A stretch of 64,000 bases of DNA, from the IMG/VR virus record IMGVR_UViG_3300008450_005828. The stretch is one strand, 5' to 3'. The notes beneath the pieces are model-generated. The model was not told the DNA's origin, ran no database searches, and saw nothing but the letters and a program-made list of their open reading frames with translations. This stretch comes from an uncultured virus (IMG/VR IMGVR_UViG_3300008450_005828) (Duplodnaviria > Heunggongvirae > Uroviricota > Caudoviricetes). A program made the translations under genes and the position numbers. Position 1 is the first letter of the stretch, and the number at the start of each line of letters is the position of its first letter. This document shows positions 10,517 to 18,887 of this stretch, piece after piece.

Positions 10517-11593
10517 TTATCTCTTTGAAAATTCTTTAAATTTATCATTGTCTTTTAAATTAAACGTTGTAAAATAATTAAAATCCTTTTTCACTAGATT
10601 AGCATTTTCAATTAGTAATTTTACTGAGTCGCTAACTGATTGGCGTTTAACTAATTTGTATAATGCTTTGTAGTTGTGATCAATCTTTGGTTTTAGTATT
10701 TTATATAAATCGTTAGGATCATAATTTAATATTTTTTTAGTTTCATACATCATTGCTTCGCATCGTTCTTTCCCGTCATTATACTCATCATTTGGAATAT
10801 TATCAAAAGAATAATCAAATATTTCATCAAACAGTACAAATCCCTGTGTTTGTAAAAATTTATAAAAATATTGAGCAGCATAAACTATAAATGGTCTTTT
10901 GTGATAAATTGGAATATAAATCTTTTCTGTTGTTTTTAGAATTTGATCGCTTGATTCAGAAATAACACTAAACAAACTTGATTTAAATTGTTTCTCCGGA
11001 GGTAGCATTATATCCAGAATTCCGTCTGTACTATTAATCCAATTTTCATCAAAATTGATAATCTTAGGTTTCCAGTATTTGAACTTATACGAGTAGTCCC
11101 AATTGTCAGCGTTGTGCCAACTTACATAACCGTGATTAAATAGTCCTTCCTTGTACATAGTATCAACAAACATACATCTCCAATTGTGTGCTCTAGCGTT
11201 CAATGAAATAAAATGTTTATCGATTTTTTCGTTGTGTTCAAAAGGTTTTATGTTTCTTTCCATGTAGTACTGTAGCACTTGATACGCAAAATAAGAATCC
11301 CAAAAAACAAAATTTTTTTGATTTTTGTATGGCCATAATGAATTTAATCTAGAATCTTCTACAGCTGATGTTAGAATAATATGTTCTTTGTTTAATCTTT
11401 TTAATTCTGTTGCAAGGTCTTTGTATTGACCTAGATTAGTAAAAAAATTAGCAAATTCATGTTCTTCAGGACCAAAAAAAACAATTCTCTTTATTTCTGG
11501 TATCGAATTAACCGCACACATCAAATCTTCTTTTTCTTCGGGTCCCCAAGCAAAATAATAATAGTCAGATCCTACTAGATATTTTTTTGTCAT
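10517..11593 (-). CDS. Putative glycosyltransferase, GT10-like 'TEK' paralog 2
   Basis: LNARAHNWR, SES...TTEK...PIYHKRPF, GFVLFDEIFDYSFD. Confidence 0.5.
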   Translation of the reverse strand: MTKKYLVGSDYYYFAWGPEEKEDLMCAVNSIPEIKRIVFFGPEEHEFANFFTNLGQYKDLATELKRLNKEHIILTSAVEDSRLNSLWPYKNQKNFVFWDSYFAYQVLQYYMERNIKPFEHNEKIDKHFISLNARAHNWRCMFVDTMYKEGLFNHGYVSWHNADNWDYSYKFKYWKPKIINFDENWINSTDGILDIMLPPEKQFKSSLFSVISESSDQILKTTEKIYIPIYHKRPFIVYAAQYFYKFLQTQGFVLFDEIFDYSFDNIPNDEYNDGKERCEAMMYETKKILNYDPNDLYKILKPKIDHNYKALYKLVKRQSVSDSVKLLIENANLVKKDFNYFTTFNLKDNDKFKEFSKR

Positions 11594-11595
11594 TA

Positions 11596-11640
11596 TTATT
11601 GACCAATAAATCCGCTTGCACCTGTTAAAAATATTTTCAT
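11596..11640 (-). pseudogene. Duplicated 5' fragment of the epimerase gene (MKIFLTGASGFIGQ*)
   Basis: 11600-11640 matches 10411-10451 at 38/41 nt, including a 26-nt identical run. Confidence 0.85.
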
Positions 11641-11644
11641 ATTG

Positions 11645-12688
11645 TTATGTGTCCTTATTGATTAAATTTAAAAAATCTTTTGTATTACTGATATTTAACA
11701 CATTTCTATAAAGATCAAATCTTTCGTGAGTGCCATTTTCAATTGTACGTCTTACTTCCTTTGGTATTAACTTTTTATTTTCTACAATTTTTAGTAAATT
11801 ATTAAAGTTATGTTCAACCTTTGTAATTGATTTTTTTCTAAGTTTTTCTATATTAGTATTACAAAGTTTTGCAACTTCTTTCATAAGCATATCACATCTT
11901 TTTTCGTCGTCGTCTACTGAGTCAAAGGAATAGTCTATAATTTCATCGAACAACATAAATCCTAAAGATTTTAAATATTGATGTATATAAGGAGCGCCAA
12001 ATATAATAAACGGCCGTTTATGATATATTGGTAGATAAGTTTTTTCTGTTACAAAAATAGTTTGTAAGTTTGATTCTGAGATAATACTAAACAGACTATC
12101 TTTAAATTCAATCGGTACTGTATACATGTCATAAAAACCATTAGATGGGTTGACCCAGTTTTTATCAAAATTTAATTTTTTAGGTGCCCACCATTTAAAA
12201 TCGTATGGGTATTGCCAATTCTCAGAATTATGCCAACTTATATAACCTTTATCAAACAAATTGTACTTGTACATATAATCAATAAACATGCATCTCCACG
12301 GATGAGCTCTTCCATTCATTGAAGTAAAATGTTTATTAATTACATTATTATGTCCATAAGGGGATGCTTTAAGATATAAAATATGTTGAATTACAAAATT
12401 TGCAAAAAACGTATGCCATGGATTTAAATTTTTAAAATCTTTAAATTGGTATCTGTAATTTAAAATACTGTTAGTCGGTGCACCTAAAATCATTTTTAAG
12501 TTAACATTATGATAATCTAGAAATCTTTTAAACATTACAAATTCTGTGTCGTGAAATGCAAATCCTATTTCGTGTTCTTCAGGACCAAAAATTACAATGT
12601 CTGTATATGAGTTATCTTTTTCAAGTTCATTTACTATGTTTTCTAATCCAAACTCGCCCCAGACAAAATGATAAAATGTTTTAGACAT
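11645..12688 (-). CDS. Putative glycosyltransferase, GT10-like 'TEK' paralog 3; close paralog of 10517..11593
   Basis: Shares FGPEEHE, KHF.S.N.RAH.WRCMF.D.MYK, SWHN, TEK and PIYHKRPF with its neighbour. Confidence 0.5.
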   Translation of the reverse strand: MSKTFYHFVWGEFGLENIVNELEKDNSYTDIVIFGPEEHEIGFAFHDTEFVMFKRFLDYHNVNLKMILGAPTNSILNYRYQFKDFKNLNPWHTFFANFVIQHILYLKASPYGHNNVINKHFTSMNGRAHPWRCMFIDYMYKYNLFDKGYISWHNSENWQYPYDFKWWAPKKLNFDKNWVNPSNGFYDMYTVPIEFKDSLFSIISESNLQTIFVTEKTYLPIYHKRPFIIFGAPYIHQYLKSLGFMLFDEIIDYSFDSVDDDEKRCDMLMKEVAKLCNTNIEKLRKKSITKVEHNFNNLLKIVENKKLIPKEVRRTIENGTHERFDLYRNVLNISNTKDFLNLINKDT

Positions 12689-12699
12689 ATAAACCTTTC

Positions 12700-12707
12700 T
12701 ATAAATA
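12700..12707 (+). promoter_or_regulatory. T4-type late promoter TATAAATA
   Basis: Exact TATAAATA, 4 nt before ATG 12712. Confidence 0.65.
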
Positions 12708-12711
12708 TATT

Positions 12712-13299
12712 ATGTTCGATATAATTAATAAATTTGAAAATAAAATTGCAAAATTCTTTGGTTCAAAATTTGCTGTTTCAACAGATTGCTGTACTCACGC
12801 AATTGAGATGTGTTTAATTTATAACAAAATTCAAAATATATCAATTCCAAATCGTACTTATTTATCAGTGCCCATGACTGCAAAAAAATTAAACATTAGG
12901 TGGCAATGGCAAGACAATCCTTGGGAACATTATTATAAACTATCAGACAATATTTATGATGCTGCTGTATTATGGAAACAAAATAGTTATATACCTAATA
13001 CGTTTATGTGTTTGAGTTTTCAGTTTAAAAAACATTTAAGTCTTGGGAGAGGTGGAATGATTTTAACTGACAACGAATCTGCATATCATGATTTAATAAA
13101 ACTAAGTTATGATGGTAGATCTCGTGATCTACCTTGGGCGGAACAAGACATCGACAGTTTTGGGTATCATTATTATATGACTCCAGAAACTGCTCAATTA
13201 GGCTTAGATAAATTAGATACAGCAATAAACACAATTCCAAAAACATGGAGTTGGCAAGATTATCCTGATTTAAGAAATATGTCAATCTTCGTTCAATGA
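12712..13299 (+). CDS. DegT/DnrJ/EryC1/StrS-family PLP aminotransferase, short form (195 aa)
   Basis: FE..IAKFFG...AVSTDCCTHA, YDAA, SFQFKKHL (PLP Lys), GRGGMILT, G.HYYM. Confidence 0.8.
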   Translation: MFDIINKFENKIAKFFGSKFAVSTDCCTHAIEMCLIYNKIQNISIPNRTYLSVPMTAKKLNIRWQWQDNPWEHYYKLSDNIYDAAVLWKQNSYIPNTFMCLSFQFKKHLSLGRGGMILTDNESAYHDLIKLSYDGRSRDLPWAEQDIDSFGYHYYMTPETAQLGLDKLDTAINTIPKTWSWQDYPDLRNMSIFVQ

Positions 13300-14061
13300 A
13301 GGATAATTTCTTATAGAAAAAAGTTTTTTGTAATTTAATTTCATTAAGACAGTAATTTTGTCAAGTACTTGTTGAAAATTATCAGTTTCTTTTATTGAAT
13401 TTTCTATGTCGTGCTGTAGACGTATAAATGTATTTTTTGTTTTATCTTTAATTGTTAAATCTAAGTCTTTGTATATTCGAGTTGCTAAATTTAGATGTCC
13501 TAAAACATCAGGATGCGAATCTCGTACTATTTTAAACGAATTTTTTTTAGTTTCACAAGGAATAACTGTTAAGTTGGGTAATTCGTTTTTATAAAGATTA
13601 ATAATATTGCCATTCCTGTGTTTAGTTAAATTGAGTCCTTCGGTAGTAAAAAATTCAAATGCACTTGCTTGCCATGTGATAAAATTTTTAAATAAACGAT
13701 TTGTTGTTATTATAGCAGTAGAGTTTTTAACAACATCGTTATCAAAATCCCAATATTTTTTAAGAAACGATTTATCATAATGATGACTGTTATAAGTTAA
13801 TACCGATCCACGGCCAATCCATGCCGCATCTTTAACTCTATCTTCTCTACTCCAACTTGACCATAAAATAAAAATTTCGTCACCGTCTTGAAATTTGTGT
13901 TTTAGATCTGCCTCTAAAATTCTGTGAGCAATACCAACATTTCCTAACCCTGCAATCGCATAATTGTAGTATTCTACATCTTTGTCGTATGCAATTATAT
14001 CTGCCCATGTTGGCCAACCATATTGTGTGAAACTACAACCAAATGTGAAAAGACGAGACAT
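13282..14061 (-). CDS. SGNH/GDSL hydrolase-like protein
   Basis: FGCSFT (block I), G.GN (block II), C-terminal DSHP..LGH; AGGAG RBS. Confidence 0.6.
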   Translation of the reverse strand: MSRLFTFGCSFTQYGWPTWADIIAYDKDVEYYNYAIAGLGNVGIAHRILEADLKHKFQDGDEIFILWSSWSREDRVKDAAWIGRGSVLTYNSHHYDKSFLKKYWDFDNDVVKNSTAIITTNRLFKNFITWQASAFEFFTTEGLNLTKHRNGNIINLYKNELPNLTVIPCETKKNSFKIVRDSHPDVLGHLNLATRIYKDLDLTIKDKTKNTFIRLQHDIENSIKETDNFQQVLDKITVLMKLNYKKLFSIRNYPSLNED

Positions 14062-14071
14062 AAAAACTCCT

Positions 14072-14094
14072 TAAATATTGTATGAGTATTTATA
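14072..14094. promoter_or_regulatory. Overlapping divergent late-promoter-like motifs
   Basis: TAAATA on plus (14072-14077) 4 nt before ATG 14082; TATAAATA on minus (14087-14094) upstream of ATG 14061. Confidence 0.55.
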
Positions 14095-15062
14095 GCACCA
14101 ACGAGTGGGATCCACTCAAAAAAGTAATTGTCGGAGTTCCCGAATATGCACAAATTCCTACAATGGATAAAAGCTTACGGGTAGTAAATTATGCAGATAA
14201 AAAATCTGTTGATACTGTAAAATCCAGGCCTTATCCAAAACAAGTTGTAGAAGAAAGCAACGAAGATTTAGACACGTTTGTCAATTTTTTAAAAGGCGAA
14301 GGGGTAGAAGTTAAACGCCCAAACAGAGTTCCAACAGGATACTACAATTATTGTCCTAGAGACAGTGTGTTTGTTTATAAAAACACTGCACTAGCAACTC
14401 CAATGAGTTTACGTGCTAGAGAACAAGAATTTTTACATATTGTTGAACATCTTGGTAACAATTTTACAATAGCAGAAAATTATCAAAAAGACGACATGTA
14501 TAACGAAGATTGCATCGGCGATCCTGATCAACTTGCATTAACTGAAATTGCTCCTAAGTTTGATGCTGCAAATGTCATACGTGCAAACGACCAGTTGCTT
14601 TACTTAGTAAGTAATAGTGGAAATAAAGCAGGTGCAAAATACTTACAAGAATTTGTAGGAAACGATGTTAAAGTTCATACATTAGAAAAAGTTTATTCTT
14701 ATATGCATATTGATAGCACTGTTGCATTTTTAAGAGAAGGACTTTTACTTGCAAATCCCAGTAGAATTAAAAATCGTGATATGTTACCTGCGCCGTTTAA
14801 TAAATGGGACATCGTATGGGCACCAGAACCTGTTGATGTAGGTCATTATCCAGGATTGTGCAATAGCAGTATTTGGACTTGGAATGTTAATCTGTTTAGT
14901 GTAAATCCCAATCTAGTAGTATTAGAAAAACATCAAGAACCCACACGCAAAGCATTAGAAGCACACGGTATAGAATGTGCTATGCTACCGTTACGTCATG
15001 CTAGAACGCTCGGAGGTTGTTTCCATTGTTGCACGTTAGATCTTGTACGTGAAGTTGGGTAA
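14082..15062 (+). CDS. Amidinotransferase (glycine / inosamine-phosphate amidinotransferase family)
   Basis: NEWDPLKKVIVG, NYCPRD, FDAAN, HIDST, RTLGGCFHCCTLD (catalytic Cys-His-Asp elements). Confidence 0.9.
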   Translation: MSIYSTNEWDPLKKVIVGVPEYAQIPTMDKSLRVVNYADKKSVDTVKSRPYPKQVVEESNEDLDTFVNFLKGEGVEVKRPNRVPTGYYNYCPRDSVFVYKNTALATPMSLRAREQEFLHIVEHLGNNFTIAENYQKDDMYNEDCIGDPDQLALTEIAPKFDAANVIRANDQLLYLVSNSGNKAGAKYLQEFVGNDVKVHTLEKVYSYMHIDSTVAFLREGLLLANPSRIKNRDMLPAPFNKWDIVWAPEPVDVGHYPGLCNSSIWTWNVNLFSVNPNLVVLEKHQEPTRKALEAHGIECAMLPLRHARTLGGCFHCCTLDLVREVG

Positions 15063-15827
15063 TTTCATTATTTCTAATAACTGTTCTGCTGTACCTCTAT
15101 GAAATTCCGGACCGTCGTGTCCGTTGTCTCTGGCCTTGTCAAGCGTATCTGGTACGATAGCCCATATTTTATATTTACTTCTCTTTAATATAACTTCTAA
15201 ATCATCGTCGTCCCAGGTAAAGTTTAGTACTGGAACGTTCATGGATTGCCATATATTATTAAAATTTTCAAACCACATAAAGTTGTTTAAGTACATTTCA
15301 CCTACATCAAGCAGATATCTACGCCCCCACCATACTCCATCTTTGGTCGATGGCGACGTCATGTCTCGCAATTCAATATGGTCATGTCTGTGAAGGCCAA
15401 ATTGTTTTCTAGCTTTTTGAGGCCATTGTACAATAACCAATTTTGGAATAGGAAGTTTACTGTTTTTCCATAATGTTGCATTATAATATTGCACATCCAT
15501 ACCGCTTGCTTCTAAAGCACAATTGTATAAATCTAATTTGAGATCTTTAGAAACTCGATCATTCCAGATTTTATCAGTGTTTAGTCCGACACCTTCGGTA
15601 TAACTACACCCAAATGTTAATAAAAAGTCTCGATTTAGGTCGCTGATTTCTTTTGTTCTATGCCCCAGACTGTTAAATTTATAAACAATTTCGTGTTCAT
15701 GATTTTTTTTAAAATCTTTAGATTGTTGTTTAAACAGGTCTTTTGAATCTGTAGAATACCAATTTAGTGTTTTATTAACTAATTCACTTCGAAATAAAAG
15801 AGGTTTGTCATTATAAAATTCTATCAT
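15036..15827 (-). CDS. SGNH hydrolase-like protein
   Basis: YKFNSLGHR, FGCSYTEG, ARDNGHDG. Start placed at ATG 15827 to avoid a long overlap with the divergent gene. Confidence 0.6.
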   Translation of the reverse strand: MIEFYNDKPLLFRSELVNKTLNWYSTDSKDLFKQQSKDFKKNHEHEIVYKFNSLGHRTKEISDLNRDFLLTFGCSYTEGVGLNTDKIWNDRVSKDLKLDLYNCALEASGMDVQYYNATLWKNSKLPIPKLVIVQWPQKARKQFGLHRHDHIELRDMTSPSTKDGVWWGRRYLLDVGEMYLNNFMWFENFNNIWQSMNVPVLNFTWDDDDLEVILKRSKYKIWAIVPDTLDKARDNGHDGPEFHRGTAEQLLEIMKLPNFTYKI

Positions 15828-15839
15828 ATTATACCTACA

Positions 15840-15859
15840 TAAATAATTTAAATTATTTA
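15840..15859. promoter_or_regulatory. Perfect 20-bp palindrome carrying TAAATA on both strands, between divergent genes
   Basis: TAAATAATTTAAATTATTTA is its own reverse complement. Confidence 0.55.
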
Positions 15860-15876
15860 ATGTAAGGAGTTTAATT

Positions 15877-17226
15877 TTGTTAACAAATTGGTTTTCATCT
15901 TTGGTTTTTTCTGCACGAGGAAAGATATTACCAATTGTTATAGATTCTAATGGCACAAAACACAATTTTTTAGAAATTAAAAATTGTGAAGGATTAAGAC
16001 ATTTACTTAATGAATCTTTTTTAAAAACTGAAAAAAATCCATTTATAATATACAACGGTACACACTATATAACGCAGTTAGAAAAATTACTAGAAAAAGA
16101 CCATTTTAGAAAAATTATCAGCAACGAAGAAGTTAGTTTTTATTTCTTTGAACCGCTGACTCATTACATATATAATCCCAAACGTAATCCACTATACGAA
16201 CCTCATATTTTAAAAATTGACAACGAAGATCACGAAATAGAAAAAATTCGTTGCTTAGAATTAGATAGTATAGAACATTGGGCAAGAAAAAATAATATTA
16301 AAAATTTAAAAGTATATTGCACAGATTATAAATGCTGGGAATATTATCAAAAAATATATCCTTCGCTAACATTACTTTCAATGGACTTGTTTGTTGTATG
16401 GTATTCTCAACGTCTAGGTTTAATAGAAAACAGAACTAGAATGTTCTGTTTATATAAACATGTAAACATTAAACCAAATTTAATAACTAAAAAGTTTTGG
16501 AGCGGTGCTTGGAGGTATGATCCAAGCAGACATTTTATAACTGCATTTTTAGCAGGAAAAAATTTAATAAACAACAACAATGTTAGTTTTTATTTTAAAT
16601 TAAGCAACGAGGACATGATTTCACGTTTTTGGTTTAGTTGGAAAGAATTTTCTTTAAAATATCCTACACTATCAAAAACATTGTTAAACGGGAATACACT
16701 GTTGCAAGAGATAGTTCCATTATCTATAGAGATTGCAAATCCAAAAACAATAGGCGAAAACGGAACCGATCCTGAATATGATGCTCCAGGATTTAACATT
16801 AGAAAAAGTCAAGACCCTGTGGACTCGTATTATGAAAGTTTTTGTGCTATTGTACAGGAATCTCGAGTTACACAACCGTGGCCAAATATTAGTGAAAAAA
16901 CTCTCAATGCAATTAAAAATTATAGACCATTTTTAATGTGTGCTGCACCAGGAACATTACAAATGTTAAAAGATATGGGTTTTAAAACCTTTGATGCATA
17001 CTGGCCAGAAGACTACGATAATATTAAATCAAACAAAGATAGGCTAGCAAGAATATGCGAAATTATTGAATATATCGATACATTTACTATAGAAGAATTA
17101 CAAAAAATGTATACCGATATGATTCCTATACTAAAACATAATAACGAAAATCTATACAATTTAAACAAATTTTACAATGAATTAAATTCACAACTTATAG
17201 AAAATTCTGATCGTACAAACGGCTAG
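15877..17226 (+). CDS. Putative glycosyltransferase, GT10-like 'SEK' paralog 4
   Basis: AGGAG RBS before TTG; IVQESR...ISEKTLNAI...RPF...GFKTFD..WPEDYD. Confidence 0.5.
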   Translation: MLTNWFSSLVFSARGKILPIVIDSNGTKHNFLEIKNCEGLRHLLNESFLKTEKNPFIIYNGTHYITQLEKLLEKDHFRKIISNEEVSFYFFEPLTHYIYNPKRNPLYEPHILKIDNEDHEIEKIRCLELDSIEHWARKNNIKNLKVYCTDYKCWEYYQKIYPSLTLLSMDLFVVWYSQRLGLIENRTRMFCLYKHVNIKPNLITKKFWSGAWRYDPSRHFITAFLAGKNLINNNNVSFYFKLSNEDMISRFWFSWKEFSLKYPTLSKTLLNGNTLLQEIVPLSIEIANPKTIGENGTDPEYDAPGFNIRKSQDPVDSYYESFCAIVQESRVTQPWPNISEKTLNAIKNYRPFLMCAAPGTLQMLKDMGFKTFDAYWPEDYDNIKSNKDRLARICEIIEYIDTFTIEELQKMYTDMIPILKHNNENLYNLNKFYNELNSQLIENSDRTNG

Positions 17227-17962
17227 CCCAATAAGTATGAGCATCTTTTCTGTGGTGCCAATACCGTTGTCCTTCAACACTAAAACCTGCTGCGATGCAA
17301 TGTTCGAAAAATGATTCTGAAACGTCGTCAAATTTATAAAAGTTATTTGCATTAACTTTTGTTTGATAATAAGCGTATCTATTACCAACAGCACAACTTT
17401 GAAATCCATTTCTAAAAATGTAAGGTATTTGATGTGCTTCCAAAATTGTTTGCAAGTTAATTATGTTTAGGTATCTGTTTATTTCCCAGTGTTCTTCGTT
17501 GACAAACATATAACGAGAGAGTGCATCAAGTACGTGCTTTTGTTCTTGCGGGAATGTCGGAGCATAATGATCTGCATGAACATGTCCTACATTTCGATCA
17601 GGTACATAAGGAACAAAATGCCAATAGTGTTCAGTGTTTGCACTATTAAAAAAGATTTCAGATCTCGAACTACCAGTCCAGTGTATTAAAAATAGTGACT
17701 GCTTTGCCAACTCTAAATTATCTAAAATCCAATGAGTCGAAGATCTATTAATGTAATCATTACTGCCGCCGGGTAAAGCAATATTAGTATAATCAACACC
17801 AAGTTTATAAGCCAACTGAGCACCAAAACAGTTTTCTCTGTTATAGTTGCCTTCACCTATACCGCTACCCTCGATTTCGCTGCCAGCACTATGACTGCAA
17901 CCGTTAACAAAAAGATGAGAAAAATTATATTTTTTCTTTAGGAATGATGATATCGGTACCAC
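17195..17962 (-). CDS. SGNH hydrolase-like protein
   Basis: NGCSHSAG, NIALPGGSN, C-terminal HH...AH..WA; start codon (GTG) uncertain. Confidence 0.6.
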   Translation of the reverse strand: MVPISSFLKKKYNFSHLFVNGCSHSAGSEIEGSGIGEGNYNRENCFGAQLAYKLGVDYTNIALPGGSNDYINRSSTHWILDNLELAKQSLFLIHWTGSSRSEIFFNSANTEHYWHFVPYVPDRNVGHVHADHYAPTFPQEQKHVLDALSRYMFVNEEHWEINRYLNIINLQTILEAHQIPYIFRNGFQSCAVGNRYAYYQTKVNANNFYKFDDVSESFFEHCIAAGFSVEGQRYWHHRKDAHTYWASRLYDQNFL

Positions 17963-18887
17963 AGTGACAGTGTTCCTTGCTACAAATTACAGGGTTTAGA
18001 TTAAACTTTAAATTTTCATTTAAGATATTTCCGTGGTTGTTTCCAACTCCACAACTAGCACTGCTAATTTGTCCAATTGGATTGATAAACAGTGCATCAT
18101 CAACCGAACAGCGCCAGCCTGCAAAAAAGTTTTGTCTTGCTGAAATAATCTTATTACTATTTACTGGCTCTACAGAATCTGTATAATGTGCTAAACTAAT
18201 TGCTCGATTTGTTCTGTAAGGTTTGGTTTTACGCATTACAGTTTCAAACTGTGCTTCTCTTAAAAACTTTTCTTTAGCAGGATCAGAGTATTTCCACGGT
18301 CCTGCATTAACACTCATTTCGTCAAATAAAGGTGTCCACTCTAAATTATAGTTCAGCACTTCATTTCTTACACGATTACCAAATTCAACAACTTCCCAAA
18401 AGCGTTCTTCATGCATTAGCATTTTTGTGCAAAGATAATCTACTTTGTCACACAAAAATGCTGCGTTTTCAATGTACCTATCAGGTTTAACATATTCAAT
18501 ATGAAAACTTGCAACTATGTCATCAAATAGATGATAGTGTTGTTCCCAATATCTCAAAGGACGACTTAGATTTGTATTAACTGCAACAGTTAAATTATCA
18601 CCTAATTCCGCTTTTAAGTATTCTGTTAGAGGAATAAAGTTTTCCCAATGTGTGGGCTCGCCGCCGCTGTAAAATATTTTAAAATATCTGTAACCTCTGT
18701 CTTGATATTGTTGAAAGATATTTCTTACATTACGCTTATAAGAATCTAGATTACCATTGTTACGTGATGTACCACTCCAATTACCTGGGTTACAATAACT
18801 ACACTGATAGTTACAAAAATTGTTTACTTGCCAAGTAAGACTCATATACTTGTCTTCGATCGGTGTTATTTTAAATAGTTCACTCAT
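17925..18887 (-). CDS. Radical SAM protein with C-terminal Cys-rich domain
   Basis: CNYQCSYC, SGGEP, NTN motifs; FAGWRC...SC...CSKEHCHC. Confidence 0.9.
   Translation of the reverse strand: MSELFKITPIEDKYMSLTWQVNNFCNYQCSYCNPGNWSGTSRNNGNLDSYKRNVRNIFQQYQDRGYRYFKIFYSGGEPTHWENFIPLTEYLKAELGDNLTVAVNTNLSRPLRYWEQHYHLFDDIVASFHIEYVKPDRYIENAAFLCDKVDYLCTKMLMHEERFWEVVEFGNRVRNEVLNYNLEWTPLFDEMSVNAGPWKYSDPAKEKFLREAQFETVMRKTKPYRTNRAISLAHYTDSVEPVNSNKIISARQNFFAGWRCSVDDALFINPIGQISSASCGVGNNHGNILNENLKFNLNPVICSKEHCHCGTDIIIPKEKI

Noticed and set aside
15828..16055. 76-codon N-terminal extension of the 15036 ORF
   Set aside because: It would overlap the divergent 15877 gene, its RBS and the promoter palindrome. ATG 15827 fits better.
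17925..17962. Programmed frameshift fusing the radical SAM and SGNH ORFs
   Set aside because: The radical SAM ends where its paralogs end, and a GTG start explains the 38-nt overlap.
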